From Chitinophaga sp. (GTDB taxonomy: Bacteria; Bacteroidota; Bacteroidia; Chitinophagales; Chitinophagaceae), in the NCBI RefSeq assembly GCF_019236475.1, contig NZ_JAFAIX010000012.1, forward strand, positions 1,120,619 through 1,184,618: a stretch of DNA of 64,000 nucleotides, given 5' to 3'. The translations under genes were made by a program, and so were the position numbers. Of the stretch, positions 31,761 through 39,771 are shown one piece after another (the first letter of the stretch is position 1; each line of letters starts with the position of its first letter). Below the pieces are notes generated by a model, which worked only from the letters and a program-made list of their open reading frames with translations, was not told where the DNA came from and searched no databases.

Positions 31761-32672
31761 CTACTCTGTCTGAAAGCCATACATCCTGTAAATTCGCTTA
31801 CCTTCTGCGGATTTTATAAACTTAATGAAATCCTCTGCAGCCTTGGGATGTGGCGCTTTTTTCAATTGGCCAATCATATACGTAGCGCGGATATTTTCTT
31901 TTTCTGGAATTACAATCTCTTCCACTGGATGTCCCAGCATATTTTGATAGATTACTTCCGAAGACCATACAGGGGCTACATCGCTCTCTTGGTATAAGAT
32001 ACGCAAGGGGCTCTCACGGTGATGAATCCGTGTCAGATAAGTAGAGCTATCTTTCGTTTTCGCCTGCATTACTGCTTGCAATAGCTCCTCCCCTCCTGCT
32101 TTTTTATAGGCAGTTTCGATCTGCCTGCCAATTCCTTCCCAGGCGGGATTCGGCATGCTGATGCGTATACCTTGCTGACGAAGATCAGTAAGTCCATGAA
32201 TGTTTTTCGGGTTGCCTTTATATACCATCAAACTAAGTTGATTATAAGCATAGGCCGCTGTGGTAGACATGTACGGTGTCATCTCGGTCATGCGGGTTTT
32301 GCCTGCTGCATATACATCTGGTTGGGTGGTGATACGCAGATTTCCCATAGTAAGGCTCCCTTGTTTAATTTGATCCGCTAGAATGCCTGGTGGTAGCGTT
32401 TCTACAAAGATGCGCTGGTATTGTGGATATGCCTTTTTAAACGATGCCAGTAAGGAATCCAGGCACATAAACTGATTACCTGCAAAGAAGATGACCAATT
32501 GCGGATCAGTGATATCGCCGTAGAGGTCTGGTATGTTATCCACACCAGGAACGGTGAAGTTAACACCTGCGGCTGGTGGTTGATTCCAAGGAGGATCAAA
32601 CTGATGATTTTGCTGCGCAGACACGTGTCTGGCTAGTAGTAGCGTGATCCCTGCTAATAGTATTCTTTTCAT
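31761..32672 (-). CDS. Periplasmic substrate-binding protein (ModA/PBP2-like)
   Basis: I prefer ATG at 32672 (MKRILLAGITLLLARHVSAQ, signal peptide) over the ORF-track start at 32825, which would overlap the upstream gene. The size and the ...PEKENIRATYMIGQLKKAPHPKAAEDFIKFIKSAEGKRIYRMYGF ending resemble molybdate/oxyanion-type binding proteins. Confidence 0.5.
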   Translation of the reverse strand: MKRILLAGITLLLARHVSAQQNHQFDPPWNQPPAAGVNFTVPGVDNIPDLYGDITDPQLVIFFAGNQFMCLDSLLASFKKAYPQYQRIFVETLPPGILADQIKQGSLTMGNLRITTQPDVYAAGKTRMTEMTPYMSTTAAYAYNQLSLMVYKGNPKNIHGLTDLRQQGIRISMPNPAWEGIGRQIETAYKKAGGEELLQAVMQAKTKDSSTYLTRIHHRESPLRILYQESDVAPVWSSEVIYQNMLGHPVEEIVIPEKENIRATYMIGQLKKAPHPKAAEDFIKFIKSAEGKRIYRMYGFQTE

Positions 32673-32685
32673 AATGCATGATTGA

Positions 32686-33144
32686 TTACGGTTTAATAAT
32701 GCTCCACCCTTCAGCAGCTCTGATAACCAGTTCTCCATTGGCAGAAGGCACATAGGCAATGAAATCGTATAGTTGCTCTTTTGGGATTTTCCTTTCCCGG
32801 AGAGTGTTTTCGCATTCCGCGACAATCACGCCTCTATTAATGAGCGCTACTAGTTTTTCTTCAAAGCCGGAAGTTTTGAGGTAAGCATCTGCCCCTTTGG
32901 AAAAGGCGATTAGCTCCACCTGTATTTTTCCTTTCAGCCTGGGATCATCCAGTAGGTTATTGATATTACGAATAGCTTTCTCGATTCTTTCTGGCGCGTT
33001 GGTGTCTAGCTGATAGATTGCCTTGTAGGTGTTTGCAGTAGCAACAGCGCCATGGAAAGATTTGTTGAGAGATAGTTTATCCTGGGCTTGGGAGATGCCA
33101 GCTAGTAAACAGCAGACTGTTATTATGCTGAGGAGCTTTTTCAT
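32686..33144 (-). CDS. DsrE-like (COG1416-type) periplasmic protein
   Basis: 152 aa with a signal peptide. ...IQVELIAFSKGADAYLK...RGVIVAECENTL...VPSANGELVIRAAEGWSIIKP matches the remembered COG1416/DsrE-like pattern ending G-[YW]-x-[YI]-I-[KR]-P. Confidence 0.6.
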   Translation of the reverse strand: MKKLLSIITVCCLLAGISQAQDKLSLNKSFHGAVATANTYKAIYQLDTNAPERIEKAIRNINNLLDDPRLKGKIQVELIAFSKGADAYLKTSGFEEKLVALINRGVIVAECENTLRERKIPKEQLYDFIAYVPSANGELVIRAAEGWSIIKP

Positions 33145-33150
33145 GGTGTA

Positions 33151-34167
33151 TTATTTTGATGAGAAGTTATATGGTCCGAATTGATGTTGTTCTTGAGAGA
33201 TATCGTCTGCATAGGGCGGATATGGGCTATCCTTGGGTTTCTTCGTTAAATCTGGGTAGTCCTTTTCCTTATTGCTTTTTGCAGGTCTTGGTTGGCTGTT
33301 GATGTATGCTGCCACGTCCAAGGCTTCTTCATCAGAAAGTTGTGGATTATTGGCGGTGGCGCCGTAGGGCATATTACCTTTGATGAAGGCCGCAGCGGTG
33401 AGGAGTCGCGCCATACCAGCGCCATCGTTGTAACTATCAGGGCCCCAAAGTGGTGGATACAGATATCCGCCAGGTTTATTGTCGGGGGTACCTGGTAATC
33501 CTTGGCCATCTTTGCCGTGACAGCTCGCGCATTTAGCGGTGTATATTGTTTGTCCTTTTTGTGGACTAGCGGCTCTGTGAAGTGTATTTATCCGGGTGAA
33601 GCCGCGGCCGGTAAGAGTATCTCCGGGCTGGGTTCCCCGACTGATATGCTTGATGTAAGTCGCGATGGCACGTATCTCCCGGGAATTCGTATCTATCGCA
33701 TTGCCATTCATACTACGTTCCAGACAACCGTTAATTCTTTCTTCGAGGGTTTCTATTTTATTTTCACGGCCTATATAAGCAGGGAATTTTCCCGTTAGGC
33801 CGATATATGGCGCGGCAAAGGGTTTGGTGCCAGCCTGTAGATGGCAGTTGGTGCAGGCGAGTTTGTTGCCTGTGATTTTCTTTTCCGTTTCAGGACCAAT
33901 TAATGCATAGGTGTTGGTGACCAGTTGTTCTCCATAGGAGGCTAATCTCCCTTCTTGGGTGGTATCATAGGGGGGCGCCTGAAAATGGTCGATCTTGGGG
34001 CTTTCGGTATCGGCAACGGGTATACGTTGTTTGGTATTATACATCCAATATATCCCTCCGCAAAGTATTACCACCATCAAGGAAAGAATAATACAATAGG
34101 TTACCAGTTTGTTTATGCGTGAAATTTGGTCTGGATCAATATGCTTACTATCGCGTTCAGTGTTCAT
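33151..34167 (-). CDS. Membrane-anchored diheme c-type cytochrome, TsdA (thiosulfate dehydrogenase)-like
   Basis: 338 aa with an N-terminal TM helix. Two CxxCH motifs (CTNCH, CASCH). ERINGCLERSMNG lies ~39 aa after heme-1 His (candidate Cys ligand). YPPLWGPDSYNDGAGMARLLTAAAFIKGNMPYG follows heme 2. Both are TsdA-like as I remember the family. Confidence 0.6.
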   Translation of the reverse strand: MNTERDSKHIDPDQISRINKLVTYCIILSLMVVILCGGIYWMYNTKQRIPVADTESPKIDHFQAPPYDTTQEGRLASYGEQLVTNTYALIGPETEKKITGNKLACTNCHLQAGTKPFAAPYIGLTGKFPAYIGRENKIETLEERINGCLERSMNGNAIDTNSREIRAIATYIKHISRGTQPGDTLTGRGFTRINTLHRAASPQKGQTIYTAKCASCHGKDGQGLPGTPDNKPGGYLYPPLWGPDSYNDGAGMARLLTAAAFIKGNMPYGATANNPQLSDEEALDVAAYINSQPRPAKSNKEKDYPDLTKKPKDSPYPPYADDISQEQHQFGPYNFSSK

Positions 34168-34741
34168 GGTCTCAAAAGTACTATGGGCCTACGTGGAATG
34201 AAAATTACAATCTATTATAGGTCATAACATAAAGTTATAACTGTTATAAAAATGCTGCATGTACGAAACGTTGCTGGTATGTATTATCGTCAAAAAAAAA
34301 GAAGGTACATGATATGAATGATGAGTGGTTTGTAATATTCCTTAAAGCGGGCATATTCTTTATGAATAAATGTTTGTCAAGTAGGCCATGGTAGAAGGAT
34401 GTATGGTTTTTTTGTGGAGTTGTAAAAGTGCATACCACAATAGTGCTATTTAAAGTTTTTTCTTTAAAGAATGGAATTGAATGGTTATTTTTGCTTATGT
34501 AGATATCCTATATCTGTCGAAGATATTTAACGTTAGCCCGAAATAGGAGTGTTATTCTTTTATTCTGTGAGACCATATAAATTAATACTACTATGCCTAT
34601 TATTCGCTCTGGAAGCGATTTTCGAGAAACGCAGCATTCCATTCATATCAATGAATTTGATATAGTGGGGATTTATATCAATCATCAGTCTTGGATGGGT
34701 ATCCACTAAATCAAAGTTATCTAGTTCATTGTAATGTTCTC

Positions 34742-37357
34742 ATGAAGAAAATTATCGCTCTATTTATCCCGCTATTGATAGCGAAGATCTCCTATGCCCA
34801 GAAAGTTTACCAGATACGAGCAGACAGTGTTCGGATTTATAATGTCTGTGATACGGCTGAATTGATTCTGGAAAACAGGACGCAAGGTGTGAATGGTTAC
34901 TTGTATAACAAAGGGGCCGGCCGTACTGAGTTTAGGAAGATTCAATTAAAGAAGATTGGTACCTCTCAGATTGCGATTGTGGGGCAGGATACGTTGGATT
35001 TGAATACGCTTCCTGGTATTGGCGGAATAGATACCGCTTACAGGGAAGGAGATTATATTAAGTATCTGAAGAGAAGCAATCTGTATGCTATTTATGCGCC
35101 CTTGCCGGATTTTAAGGTAGTACCCAATGGTGCGGAAACTCCATTTTCAGATTTTAAGGGTGATGCTATAACTGGTTTCTTTGCGTATAACTCACCAGAC
35201 ATGCCGCCGATTTCAGATCAGGCTCAAATAAATCCAGGCACAGGAAAGCAATTCTATGTAGGGCATGCTGTAAAGTCGGCCGCCATAGGTTATCAGATGG
35301 CTGTTAACTGGGATGGAGAAACACTTGGTCCTAAAGGCGCGTTCTTAAGAATAAAGGATGATACTAACACTGCTGGATGGGGAGCTTGGAGGGAACTGTT
35401 GTTTAAGGATTATGCAGACAGTAAGTACGCATTGACAAATAGTAGTCAAGATGACTTGCATGCTGTATTGAGCAGGGGAAATCAGAGTACCAATAGAATG
35501 TTGATAAATGCTATTCGTGATCCGGGCCCTCCTACCATCTCATTGGCTGTTGGTGATTATGACAGCGGTATCAATTCAGAAAGGGATGGTATACTGACGC
35601 TGCGTGCAGATGGGTTTGAAGCAGCGAGATGGATGAAATCAGTATTTGCAGTGAGTGATACGCTGAAAGTGGCTGGTAATATAGCTTGGCATCAGGGTAA
35701 TGATCAGCTCTTATTAAGAAATCGTGGTGAGTTTGACAATTCGGAACTTGATAATCTTGGCGGTTTGAATGGAACTGCACGAATTGCGTATCCTGATCAC
35801 TTTTCGAGTTTGTTAAGCTTCTCTAATCAGGGGAGCACGGGTACTTTCCAATTATTAGCGGGTTATACTGGTTCACTTCAATTCCGTAGTAAAATAGATG
35901 AAAGAATTTGGTCGCAATGGAAAACTATTTGGCATGATCAAAATGATGGCGCTGGTTCAGGTCTGGATGCGGATCTGCTGGATGGTTATGAACAAAAAAC
36001 AGAACCGGTAAATAATACCATTGTAAGAAGAGATAATGCTGGTAATATCAGCGCGCAATATTTTAACACCACTGCTGTTACCCAGCCAGGGTTTGATATT
36101 ACCAAAGTATTTGCAAGTAATGATAACTATGTCCGTGCAGTAGATGCAACCAGTATTAGGAAGTTTATAGGCTTGCCGGATGCGGGGGAAACCTTGCAGA
36201 GTGTAACGACTCGTGGGAATACTACAGACAAAACTTTGGTGGCTCCTGGATTACAGTTATCTCCAAGTGTAACGCTTGTAGCACCTCCTATTAGTGAATC
36301 ATATCTGAGTGTGAATACACCAAGTGGTTCTTTGTCTATAGGTTGTGCTAATCAGGGATGGGCACATTTCTTTACTAGTAACCCTCGTTTCTATTTTGAT
36401 AAGGAAATAGCTGTCAATGGTGGATTCCGTATTTATTCTTCCAATACGGTTTTAGATGACAAATATCTGAACTTCAATGAGGGACACGGTAATGGTATTC
36501 GTTTCTGGAATGGTTCTAATGACTATAAAATATTTATGTCTGCCACCAATGCATCTGGATTTCCGATTCCGAGCATTAGCGCACAAGAGAGCGATTATAA
36601 TATGTACTTCCGCATGAATGGTCTTAACCGTGGATTTGTTTTTGTGACGGGAGATAATCAACCTAAAGTGCAGATTGATGCTTCTGGGCTGACTTCAGGT
36701 GCGTGGCTACGTGTTAGAGGGGATAATGGGCTCTTTTTTGAAGATCATCATGGAGGGTTTCATATGATAGATGATTCCTGGATACGTACATATAATCATG
36801 TTTCATTTTTTGTTCCGAATGGATCTATTCTTAGAACTGACGGGGAATTACAAGTGGGTACGGATGGTTCAAAATTGAGAGTTCCAATGGGAGGAATTCC
36901 AACCATTGATGGCAACACTATTTTTCACGCTGGAAACTTACTGTATTCTGTAGCTGCAAATCCTGATAGGTTAGCCCAACGCGATGCCAGCGGAAACCTC
37001 TTCGCCAGCGGATTTTACCAATCTTCCAAAGCAAGCCTGAAGAAAAATATTGCTGATTTCAATGAAGCCGCGTTGCCGTTACTGAACAAAGTGCAGATCA
37101 AGCAATTTGTCTATAAAGACGATACAGCGGAAAACCTGCATTTTGGTATCATCGCAGATAGTACTGATTGGCATTTCTCTACCCGTAATCAGGATAAATT
37201 CGATACGAACAGTTCCCTTGCTATCACGATGAAAGCCGTGCAAGAATTGAGTGTTCAGAATAAAACGCTGGCGGAAGAAAATGAACAGTTGAAGAATCAG
37301 GTGGCTGAATTGCTGAAACGAATGGAAAACCTGGAAAAAAAGATTAGCAAAGATTAA
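34742..37357 (+). CDS. Exported tail-fibre-like protein, paralogue 1 (C-terminal intramolecular chaperone/S74-like domain)
   Basis: 871 aa from ATG 34742; the ORF-track TTG at 34691 adds 17 non-signal residues. Signal peptide MKKIIALFIPLLIAKISYAQ. Fibre-type motifs GSGLDADLLDG and TIVRRDNAGNISAQYF. C-terminal S74-like domain plus a coiled coil. Confidence 0.85.
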   Translation: MKKIIALFIPLLIAKISYAQKVYQIRADSVRIYNVCDTAELILENRTQGVNGYLYNKGAGRTEFRKIQLKKIGTSQIAIVGQDTLDLNTLPGIGGIDTAYREGDYIKYLKRSNLYAIYAPLPDFKVVPNGAETPFSDFKGDAITGFFAYNSPDMPPISDQAQINPGTGKQFYVGHAVKSAAIGYQMAVNWDGETLGPKGAFLRIKDDTNTAGWGAWRELLFKDYADSKYALTNSSQDDLHAVLSRGNQSTNRMLINAIRDPGPPTISLAVGDYDSGINSERDGILTLRADGFEAARWMKSVFAVSDTLKVAGNIAWHQGNDQLLLRNRGEFDNSELDNLGGLNGTARIAYPDHFSSLLSFSNQGSTGTFQLLAGYTGSLQFRSKIDERIWSQWKTIWHDQNDGAGSGLDADLLDGYEQKTEPVNNTIVRRDNAGNISAQYFNTTAVTQPGFDITKVFASNDNYVRAVDATSIRKFIGLPDAGETLQSVTTRGNTTDKTLVAPGLQLSPSVTLVAPPISESYLSVNTPSGSLSIGCANQGWAHFFTSNPRFYFDKEIAVNGGFRIYSSNTVLDDKYLNFNEGHGNGIRFWNGSNDYKIFMSATNASGFPIPSISAQESDYNMYFRMNGLNRGFVFVTGDNQPKVQIDASGLTSGAWLRVRGDNGLFFEDHHGGFHMIDDSWIRTYNHVSFFVPNGSILRTDGELQVGTDGSKLRVPMGGIPTIDGNTIFHAGNLLYSVAANPDRLAQRDASGNLFASGFYQSSKASLKKNIADFNEAALPLLNKVQIKQFVYKDDTAENLHFGIIADSTDWHFSTRNQDKFDTNSSLAITMKAVQELSVQNKTLAEENEQLKNQVAELLKRMENLEKKISKD
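37022..37357 (+). other. Peptidase S74 / intramolecular chaperone-like domain plus coiled-coil tail (paralogue 1)
   Basis: YQSSKASLKKNIADFNEAALPLLNKVQIKQFVYKDDTAENLHFGIIADSTDWHF...SSLAITMKAVQELSVQN fits the remembered S74 pattern (S-D-x-R-L-K-x-N-I ... L..L..V.Y.YK ... h-G-x-I-A-Q ... lv..l..a.qEL). Confidence 0.7.
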
Positions 37358-37379
37358 TTATAAAACCTGTATTCTTCTC

Positions 37380-39749
37380 ATGAAGATAATTATCGCCCTA
37401 TTTATTCCATTACTATTAGGAATAGCTACCTACGCTCAGAAAGTATATCAAATACGTGCCGACAGTGTTCGTATTTATAATGTCTGTGATACTGCTGAAT
37501 TGATCCTAGAAAACAAGACACAAGGTGTGAATGGTTACCTGTATAACAAAGGTTCCGGCCGTACTGAATTTAGCAAAATACAATTAAGGAAGATTGGTAC
37601 CTCGCAGATTGCGATTGTGGGTCAGGATACCTTGGATTTGAATACCCTGCCTGGTATTGGTGGTATTGATACTGCTTACAGGGAGGGAGATTATATTAAG
37701 TATCAGAAGAAAAGTAACCTCTACACTATTTATGCACCATTACCCGATTTTAGAGTAGTGCCCGATGGCCAGAATAATCCTTTTACAGATTACAAGGATA
37801 ACGCTATGACAGGCTTTAGTGCTTACAATTCTCCGGATATGCCGACTGTTTCAGATCAGGCTCAGGTGAATCCAGGCACTGGAAAACTATTTTATACCGG
37901 TCATGCAGTGAGGTATGGCGCTACCGGATATCAAATGGCGGTGAATTGGGATGGTGAAACCTTTGGACCTAAAGGCGCTTTTTTAAGAATCAAGGATGAT
38001 ACGAACCTTGCTGGATGGGGAGCCTGGAGAGAATTGTTATTTAAAGATTATGGGGATAAAAAATACGCAAAGACAGACAGTACCTACACAAAACTGAATC
38101 TTTCTACTCCTGGTCAGGCGCAGGTTTCCTGGAATAACCTGATCAATGTACCCACGCTAAGTGTCGTAGAACAGGATAATTTGACTACCGTACTAACGCG
38201 AGGAAATGTCAGCAAACTGAAAATGTATGTGCATGCCGGGACTGACATGGCAGCTCCCACTATTTCACTGGGTATAGGAGGTAATAATAGCGGTATCAAT
38301 GCAGAAAGTGGATTAGGTATACTAACACTGCGTTCTTATGGTAAGGAAATCGCCAGATGGAGGTACGATTCATTCACTGTGAGTACGGTCTTAAAAGTAA
38401 ATGGGGATGTATATGCACCGAAATTCAATACCGCTGTTTCTTTGGAGACAAGTATGGTCCCTTCCAGGGTGTATGCCGGTACAGAGGATGGCTTTATCCG
38501 CCCAATGGATCAATATAGTATTAAAAAATTTCTCGGTATACCTCGTGATGGAGAAACCTTGGCAAGTGTTTGCAATCGTAACAACCTTACTAACAGAATA
38601 CTGATTGCACAGGGACTTCAGCTTGACTCAACAAATGAAAATATAAGTATCACTAAATCCAATGATCTAATTCTAGCGATAAATAGTCCGTATGGTACTG
38701 TGAACATTGGCTGTAATACGCAAGCCAATGCTAGTTTTACTACCACTGCTAACGGATATTATTTCGATAAGGATTTATATGTACCAACTGCAATACGTGT
38801 TGGCGATTATGGTTATAATACAGTCCTGGATGGAAAAAATTTAAGCCTCGCTTCTGGAGATGGTAATGGTATTCGATTCTTGAATGGTAGTGACGAATCG
38901 AAAATTTTCGTGTCGTCATCAGCTACTTCTGGATATCCGATGTTGGGACCCTTCTCCAGTGATGTTAATATGTACTTCCGTATGAACAGGGATAACCGCG
39001 GATTTGTGTTCGTAACTGGAGATAATAACCCAGCAGTTCAGATTGATGCCCAGGGGATGTATGTTGCACAAGCGCTCCGTTTGATGGGGACTGGTGGTTT
39101 AATCTTCCAGAAATATGGAGGTGGATTCGAAATGCCCGATAATTCATGGGTACGTGTATATGGCGGGAAAAATTTCACTACAGCTACAGGCATACTCCGC
39201 ACTGAAAGTGAGTTGCAAGTAGGCGTGAATGGAACAAAATTGAAAGTACCGGCAACAGGTATTCCTACGATAGATGGTAAGACTATTTTCCATGCTGGAA
39301 ACTTGCAGTATTCTTCAGATGTATACCCTAATTACCTCGCACAGCGCGATGCCAGCGGTAGCCTCTTTGCCAGCGGCTTTTACCAATCCTCCAAAGCAAG
39401 CCTGAAGAAAAATATCGCTGATTTCAATGAAGCCGCATTACCATTACTGAACAAAGTGCAGATCAAACAATTTGTCTATAAAGATGATAAAGATGAAAAC
39501 CTGCATTTCGGTATCATCGCGGATAATACGGACTGGCACTTCTCTACACGTAATCAGGATAAATTCGATACCAACAGTTCCTTGGCTATTACTATGAAAG
39601 CCGTGCAGGAATTGAGTGAGGAAAATACAGTGCTTAAAAAACAGGTAGCTGCATTACAGCAAAACGAGGAAGTAGAACAGTTGAAAAATGAAGTGTCTGA
39701 ACTGCTGAAACGGGTGGAGAGTGTAGAGAAAATGATAAAGAAGGATTAA
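37380..39749 (+). CDS. Exported tail-fibre-like protein, paralogue 2
   Basis: 789 aa with signal peptide MKIIIALFIPLLLGIATYAQ. N- and C-termini are near-identical to the other paralogues. 22-nt spacer from paralogue 1. Confidence 0.85.
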   Translation: MKIIIALFIPLLLGIATYAQKVYQIRADSVRIYNVCDTAELILENKTQGVNGYLYNKGSGRTEFSKIQLRKIGTSQIAIVGQDTLDLNTLPGIGGIDTAYREGDYIKYQKKSNLYTIYAPLPDFRVVPDGQNNPFTDYKDNAMTGFSAYNSPDMPTVSDQAQVNPGTGKLFYTGHAVRYGATGYQMAVNWDGETFGPKGAFLRIKDDTNLAGWGAWRELLFKDYGDKKYAKTDSTYTKLNLSTPGQAQVSWNNLINVPTLSVVEQDNLTTVLTRGNVSKLKMYVHAGTDMAAPTISLGIGGNNSGINAESGLGILTLRSYGKEIARWRYDSFTVSTVLKVNGDVYAPKFNTAVSLETSMVPSRVYAGTEDGFIRPMDQYSIKKFLGIPRDGETLASVCNRNNLTNRILIAQGLQLDSTNENISITKSNDLILAINSPYGTVNIGCNTQANASFTTTANGYYFDKDLYVPTAIRVGDYGYNTVLDGKNLSLASGDGNGIRFLNGSDESKIFVSSSATSGYPMLGPFSSDVNMYFRMNRDNRGFVFVTGDNNPAVQIDAQGMYVAQALRLMGTGGLIFQKYGGGFEMPDNSWVRVYGGKNFTTATGILRTESELQVGVNGTKLKVPATGIPTIDGKTIFHAGNLQYSSDVYPNYLAQRDASGSLFASGFYQSSKASLKKNIADFNEAALPLLNKVQIKQFVYKDDKDENLHFGIIADNTDWHFSTRNQDKFDTNSSLAITMKAVQELSEENTVLKKQVAALQQNEEVEQLKNEVSELLKRVESVEKMIKKD
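39387..39749 (+). other. S74/intramolecular chaperone-like domain plus coiled coil (paralogue 2)
   Basis: Same SSKASLKKNIADFNEAALPLLNKVQIKQFVYKDD..NLHFGIIAD motif as paralogue 1. Confidence 0.7.
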
Positions 39750-39771
39750 TTAATAAAACTGAATTCTTCCC

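Noticed and set aside
34691-34741. ORF-track N-terminal extensions: 34691 TTG for fibre 1, and likewise 32825, 47630, 45161, 44530 and 59092
   Set aside because: In each case an internal ATG immediately precedes a canonical signal peptide or lipobox. The extension either uses a rare start, overlaps the upstream gene, or runs through a terminator hairpin (47630).
34168-34741. Searched the 570-bp leader of the fibre array for invertible-promoter inverted repeats, DGR template repeats or a recombinase. Also noted a 38-codon uORF at 34593-34709.
   Set aside because: Only short palindromes (6-7 bp) were seen. There are no long flanking inverted repeats, no reverse transcriptase or recombinase nearby, and no repeat of fibre-gene sequence. 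The uORF has no supporting features.
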